Assembly: GCA_000743035.1 (NCBI GenBank)
Contig: CP008936.1
Location: 1,350,001-1,382,000 of the forward strand
Origin: Candidatus Paracaedimonas acanthamoebae
Lineage (GTDB): Bacteria > Pseudomonadota > Alphaproteobacteria > Caedimonadales > Caedimonadaceae
DNA: 32,000 nt
Direction: 5' to 3'
The position numbers and the translations under genes are program-made. Within the stretch, counting starts at the first letter, position 1. The number at the start of each line of letters is the position of its first letter. Positions 27,730 to 32,000 of this stretch are shown here, piece by piece. The notes beneath the pieces are model-generated. The model was not told the origin of the DNA and did no database searches. It saw nothing but the letters and a program-made list of their open reading frames with translations.

Positions 27730-27890
27730 ATGTGCCTATGTGCCTATGTGCCTATGTGCCTATGTGCCTATGTGCCTATGTGCCTATGTGCCTATGTGCC
27801 TATGTGCCTATGTGCCTATGTGCCTATGTGCCTATGTGCCTATGTGCCTATGTGCCTATGTGCCTATGTGCCTATGTGCCTATGTGCCTA
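27725..27890. repeat. Perfect octanucleotide microsatellite (TGCCTATG) x20 plus a 6-nt partial unit
   Basis: Counted directly: 160 nt of uninterrupted TGCCTATG units (27725-27884) plus TGCCTA, with no variant units seen. Confidence 0.97.
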
Positions 27891-28495
27891 AAAGCAATGT
27901 TCTAACTTCTTCACACTGTCAAAGATCCATTTTGTTTATTTCTCTCTTCTCTGGTACCAAGGGAGTGAGAGTTTTTTCTTCTGATCCCTAAAATAATTGC
28001 AGGATCAGGTGAGGTGATGTACATAAGGTATGTACGGTGTTTGTTCATTAAGTCATTTTTATTTCCTCCTATTATCTATTTTTCTTCTCTTAATTTTAAG
28101 GCACAAAAAGTCATTCACTGAATCTATCTGATACAAGCCCCTTAAAACCCTTATTTTTTATCTTTTTTAAGTCTATTCTTCTTTATTCTTTTTCTTATCT
28201 AACGCATAGTAACGATCTCCTTTTCTTCATTCTTATAATTTTACTTATATACTTTACTTAAGCAGGGGGATCAGTCCCTTAGGTTCTCTCGAGTGAATGT
28301 TGAAGAGTCTGCCAACCCTTCAACCCTACATAATAATAGTAACAAATTTCAGCCAAAAACTCAACATTTTCTTGTTATAAATTTCAAAAAAATATCGTTT
28401 TTCGAGCTTTTTCCTAAAACAAAAATGTCGTACTATATCCTTGCGTTAGAAAAAGTAAGGTCGTAGAAAAATACCTAAAAGGAAGTAAAATCTTA

Positions 28496-28861
28496 ATGCC
28501 CAGCTTATTAAATAGTTATCTGCCCATTTTTGTTTTTATTGGCGTTGCTTTTGCTTTTTCGCTTATAATTGTCGGATTAACTTTTCTCAGAGCGCCTTAC
28601 CAGCCTACAGCAGAAAAACAATCTCCTTATGAATGCGGCTTCGAACCTTTTTCTTCTTCACGTATGCGCTTTGATGTTCGTTTTTATCTTGTCGCCATCT
28701 TGTTTATTATTTTTGATCTTGAGGTTGTGTTTCTTTTTCCTTGGGCCGTTAGCTTGGGAGAAATTGGCTTATTAGGCTTCTGGTCAATGATGTTTTTCTT
28801 GAGTATCCTAATAATTGGTTTTATTTATGAGTGGAAAAAAGGAGCTTTAGAATGGGAGTAA
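28496..28861 (+). CDS. nuoA: NADH-quinone oxidoreductase subunit A
   Basis: The 121 aa, 3-TM product carries YECGFEPF and [12 protein letters not shown]. Confidence 0.95.
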   Translation: MPSLLNSYLPIFVFIGVAFAFSLIIVGLTFLRAPYQPTAEKQSPYECGFEPFSSSRMRFDVRFYLVAILFIIFDLEVVFLFPWAVSLGEIGLLGFWSMMFFLSILIIGFIYEWKKGALEWE

Positions 28862-29382
28862 CTACCCCTCCTGAGCAACAACATACCAGTGAACTGATGG
28901 CGACGATTCACGCCCAAGTTCAAGACCGAGGCTTTGTATTAACATCTCTTGATGATTTGGTCGCATGGGCGCGCTCCAGCTCACTCTGGCCTGTCACTTT
29001 TGGACTTGCTTGCTGTGCGGTTGAAATGATGCAAACTGCTGGGAGCCGTTACGATCTAGATCGCTTTGGTCTCTTTTTTCGCCCTAGTCCACGCCAATCA
29101 GATATTATGATTGTTGCCGGCACGTTGACAAATAAGATGGCCCCCGTACTCCGTAAAGTTTATGATCAAATGCCTGATCCAAAATGGGTTATATCTATGG
29201 GTTCTTGTGCAAATGGAGGAGGGTATTATCACTATTCATATTCAGTTGTCAGAGGATGTGATCGCATTATCCCTGTCGATATCTATGTACCTGGGTGCCC
29301 TCCAACGGCTGAAGCACTGCTGTATGGGATTCTACAGCTCCGCAATAAAATTCGCGGTCACAAAACAATTATGAGGACCTAG
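28852..29382 (+). CDS. nuoB: NADH-quinone oxidoreductase subunit B
   Basis: [27 protein letters not shown] and the CPP motif are present. The ATG at 28852 is preceded by AAGGAG (28838-28843) and overlaps the nuoA stop. The track start at 28831 is less likely. Confidence 0.93.
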   Translation: MGVTTPPEQQHTSELMATIHAQVQDRGFVLTSLDDLVAWARSSSLWPVTFGLACCAVEMMQTAGSRYDLDRFGLFFRPSPRQSDIMIVAGTLTNKMAPVLRKVYDQMPDPKWVISMGSCANGGGYYHYSYSVVRGCDRIIPVDIYVPGCPPTAEALLYGILQLRNKIRGHKTIMRT

Positions 29383-29387
29383 TGCAA

Positions 29388-29999
29388 ATGGATGACACGT
29401 TAGTCCACCTAAGCGAAAAAATAAAAAAGGCATTAAAAGAAGATTTAATTGCTTTTTCTATTGAAAAGGGTGAGCTTACTTTACAAGTTAAGCGTCATAC
29501 AATTGTAAAAATACTTGTTTATCTTCGCGATCATAAGGATTTTTTATTTAAACAACTCATTGATCTTTGTGGTGTTGACTATCCTGACCATCCTGAGCGT
29601 TTTGAAGTTGTGTATCATCTTCTAAGCCTCAAGCATAATTGCCGGCTACGGCTTAAGCTTGCAACTGACGAAACTCATGCTGTTCCTTCTGTAACAAGTG
29701 TTTACAACGCCGCTAATTGGTTTGAGCGTGAAGCATGGGATATGTATGGTATTAAATTTGAAAACCACCCTGACTTAAGAAGACTTTTGACAGACTATAA
29801 TTTCGAAGGTCATCCCCTCCGCAAAGATTTTCCTTTAACAGGATTCGTGGAAGTAAGATATGATGACGATCAAGAAAGAGTTGTTTATGAATCACTTAAT
29901 CTTCCTCAAGCGTATCGCCATTTTGATTTTTTAAGCCCCTGGGAGGGTAGCTCTTCTGTTCTTCCTGGAGATGAAAAAGCGCTTACTAAGAAAATTTGA
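29388..29999 (+). CDS. nuoC: NADH-quinone oxidoreductase subunit C
   Basis: [28 protein letters not shown] is present. The start is the ATG at 29388, or alternatively the GTG at 29382. The gene is not fused to nuoD. Confidence 0.93.
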   Translation: MDDTLVHLSEKIKKALKEDLIAFSIEKGELTLQVKRHTIVKILVYLRDHKDFLFKQLIDLCGVDYPDHPERFEVVYHLLSLKHNCRLRLKLATDETHAVPSVTSVYNAANWFEREAWDMYGIKFENHPDLRRLLTDYNFEGHPLRKDFPLTGFVEVRYDDDQERVVYESLNLPQAYRHFDFLSPWEGSSSVLPGDEKALTKKI

Positions 30000-30001
30000 T
30001 C

Positions 30002-31183
30002 ATGTTAAATTCAAATAACTCACAAACCTATACCTTAAACTTTGGACCTCAGCATCCTGCAGCCCACGGTGTTTTACGTTTGATTCTTGAACTGGATGGT
30101 GAAATTGTTGAACGAGCAGATCCACATATTGGATTTTTGCATCGAGGTACCGAAAAACTTATTGAGCATAAAACCTACCTTCAAGCTCTTCCTTACTTTG
30201 ATCGCCTTGATTATGTTGCTCCTCTTAATCAAGAGCATGCTTTTGCCCTTGCCATAGAAACGCTATTAGATATTGATGTTCCTTTACGCGGACAATATAT
30301 ACGTGTTCTCTTTTGTGAGTTAGGGCGTCTTTTAAACCACTTACTTAACATTACAACTTTTGCAATGGATATAGGAGCCGTAACACCTTTTTTGATCGGC
30401 TTTGAAGAGCGGGAAAAATTAATGGAATTTTATGAGCGTGCTAGTGGTGCTCGCTTGCATGCAAATTATTTTCGTCCAGGAGGAGTTCATCAAGATCTTC
30501 CAGCGGGGCTTCTGGAAGATATCTTTATCTTTATAGAGCATTTTCCAAAAGTTATGGACAATCTTGAAGGATTACTGACAGAAAATCGTATTTTTAAGCA
30601 AAGAACTGTTGATATTGGTATTGTGTCAGCAGAACAAGCACTTGATTGGGGGTTCACAGGCCCTATGTTGCGTGCCTCAAATGTTGCCTGGGACTTAAGA
30701 CGAGCGCAACCCTATGATGTTTATGATCGGATGGATTTTCATATTCCTGTTGGTAAACATGGCGATTGCTACGATCGCTATTTAGTTCGCATGTATGAAA
30801 TGCGTGAAAGCCTTAAAATTATTTCACAATGTTTGGAACAAATGCCTGAAGGCCCTGTTATGACAAGCGACAGAAAAGTTGCGCCTCCACCTCGATCTGA
30901 GATGAAAACTTCAATGGAAGCAATGATCCATCATTTCAAATTGTATACTGAAGGATATCATGTGCCCAGAGGAGAAATTTATAAAGCCGTCGAGGCCCCA
31001 AAAGGAGAGTTCGGCGTCTATTTAGTCGCAGATGGCACAAACAAACCATATCGTTGTAAAATTAGACCACCAAGTTATCTTTTTCTTCAAGCTACTGATT
31101 TTATGACGCGTGGCCATATGATTGCCGATGTTGCAGCTATTGTTGGTTCTATGGATATCGTTTTTGGAGAAATCGACCGGTGA
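30002..31183 (+). CDS. nuoD: NADH-quinone oxidoreductase subunit D
   Basis: [16 protein letters not shown] and the C-terminal VFGEIDR are present. The start is the ATG at 30002, or alternatively the TTG at 29996. Confidence 0.95.
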   Translation: MLNSNNSQTYTLNFGPQHPAAHGVLRLILELDGEIVERADPHIGFLHRGTEKLIEHKTYLQALPYFDRLDYVAPLNQEHAFALAIETLLDIDVPLRGQYIRVLFCELGRLLNHLLNITTFAMDIGAVTPFLIGFEEREKLMEFYERASGARLHANYFRPGGVHQDLPAGLLEDIFIFIEHFPKVMDNLEGLLTENRIFKQRTVDIGIVSAEQALDWGFTGPMLRASNVAWDLRRAQPYDVYDRMDFHIPVGKHGDCYDRYLVRMYEMRESLKIISQCLEQMPEGPVMTSDRKVAPPPRSEMKTSMEAMIHHFKLYTEGYHVPRGEIYKAVEAPKGEFGVYLVADGTNKPYRCKIRPPSYLFLQATDFMTRGHMIADVAAIVGSMDIVFGEIDR

Positions 31184-31776
31184 AACGCACTTTAACTTCT
31201 CAAGGTAAACCTTTTACATTTTCCCCCAAAAATCAGAAGAAAGTTACTGAAATTATTTCACAATATCCTGTGACGCGACAAGCAAGTGCTATTTTACCTC
31301 TTTTAGACCTTGCACAACGCCAAGCTGAAGGATGGCTCCCTCAAGAAGCCATCGAGCATGTCGCCGAGCTTTTAAAAATATCTCCTATTCGAGCTTATGA
31401 AATTGCAACTTTCTATACCATGTTTAATTTATCTCCTCGAGGGAAATATCTTCTACAAGTTTGTACAACAACACCTTGCCAACTTGTAGGAAGTGACGAA
31501 ATTTTACAGGCATGCAATCAAACTGCCGATGTGGAACAAGGTGAGATTTCTAAAGATGGTCTTTTCACTGTTTTCGAGGTTGAGTGCTTAGGGGCCTGCG
31601 TTAATGCGCCTGTCGTGCAAATTAATGATGATTATTTTGAGGATCTGAATGCTGAGCGCATGCTGAACATTTTAAATGACTTAAAGCTAGGAAAACAAGT
31701 TAAGCCAGGATCCACAATAGGCCGTCAATGCTCGGCTGCCTATGAAGGTCCTCACCATGAAAAAGAAGACGTGTAA
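31180..31776 (+). CDS. nuoE: NADH-quinone oxidoreductase subunit E
   Basis: The thioredoxin-like 2Fe-2S cysteines are present (CTTTPC...[10 protein letters not shown]). The GTG start overlaps the nuoD stop (GTGA). Confidence 0.93.
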   Translation: MKRTLTSQGKPFTFSPKNQKKVTEIISQYPVTRQASAILPLLDLAQRQAEGWLPQEAIEHVAELLKISPIRAYEIATFYTMFNLSPRGKYLLQVCTTTPCQLVGSDEILQACNQTADVEQGEISKDGLFTVFEVECLGACVNAPVVQINDDYFEDLNAERMLNILNDLKLGKQVKPGSTIGRQCSAAYEGPHHEKEDV

Positions 31777-32000
31777 TGTTATCCCTTAAAGACCGTATTT
31801 TCCAAAATCTTTATGGCCAAAAAGGATGGCATCTTGAACATGCGCGTGCGCGAGGAGACTGGGAGCAAACCTGTGAATTTATCCAAAAAGGGCCAGAGTG
31901 GATTATTTCTGAGATTACGCTTTCAGGATTAAGAGGACGAGGGGGTGCAGGCTTCCCCACAGGCCGAAAGTGGTCCTTCATGCCAAAAGCTGATAAATTA
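31776..32000 (+). CDS. nuoF: NADH-quinone oxidoreductase subunit F, 5' fragment (continues beyond the window)
   Basis: This is my own translation from the ATG at 31776, which overlaps the nuoE TAA: [30 protein letters not shown]...[22 protein letters not shown]. That is the canonical NuoF N-terminus. It is absent from the ORF track because no stop falls within the window. Confidence 0.9.
   Translation, partial: MLSLKDRIFQNLYGQKGWHLEHARARGDWEQTCEFIQKGPEWIISEITLSGLRGRGGAGFPTGRKWSFMPKADKL

Noticed and set aside
27725-27890. Possible CRISPR array
   Set aside because: The units are 8 nt, contiguous and identical with no spacers, and there are no cas genes in the window. It is a microsatellite.
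27582-27991. Two + strand ORFs (107 aa and 83 aa) encoding repeated AYVPMCLC
   Set aside because: They are pure translation artefacts of the 8-nt microsatellite (three units give 8 aa). There is no RBS, and the N- and C-termini lie in repeat-element DNA.
28831-28851. Longer N-terminal extensions proposed by the ORF track (nuoB from 28831, sucD to 23268, LRR to 4629, hrcA from 13488, DMT from 26166)
   Set aside because: Internal ATGs give canonical N-termini and have better-placed Shine-Dalgarno sequences or avoid long overlaps with the upstream gene. The extensions match nothing conserved.

Overview
This window looks like a low-GC alphaproteobacterial chromosome segment made up mostly of conserved housekeeping genes. 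The alphaproteobacterial assignment is an inference from classic synteny: ftsX-ydcF-plsC-DUF2125, ubiG<>lysC, rph<>hrcA-grpE, mdh-sucCD/sucAB-lpdA, and nuoA-F with nuoC and nuoD unfused. The A+T richness and a secreted leucine-rich-repeat protein suggest an intracellular or amoeba-associated lineage (Holosporales/Rickettsiales-like); this is unverified. I support about 31 CDSs (nuoF runs off the right edge and is absent from the ORF track), one tRNA-Gly(CCC), two convincing rho-independent terminators and a repeat-laden non-coding region. I see no rRNA, CRISPR array, transposase, integrase or phage gene. I also see no convincing multi-gene novel system such as a defence, secretion, toxin-antitoxin or biosynthetic cluster. 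Six places depart from ordinary. (1) A 1.44 kb ORF-poor region upstream of nuoA holds a perfect 8-nt microsatellite (TGCCTATG x20), two 44-nt direct repeats and inverted copies of a 32-nt GATC-containing palindromic element. (2) The TCA operon is physically and probably transcriptionally split: a 1.5 kb AT-rich spacer between sucD and sucA carries a strong bidirectional terminator, an opposite-strand small secreted ORF and a small GC-rich structured island. (3) A lineage-specific block between lysC and rph contains a PAS plus degenerate-GGDEF protein (NGCGF active site, intact RxxD I-site) converging with stop-codon overlap on a secreted protein that has tandem VPGA-terminated repeats. (4) An A+T-rich patch encodes a secreted LRR protein, a PEBP/YbhB protein and an orphan ABC exporter. 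(5) A 27-nt motif recurs exactly across the stop codons of two unrelated genes. (6) A 16-nt perfect palindrome sits over the putative RBS of the ABC exporter. All functional interpretations of these six are hypotheses.
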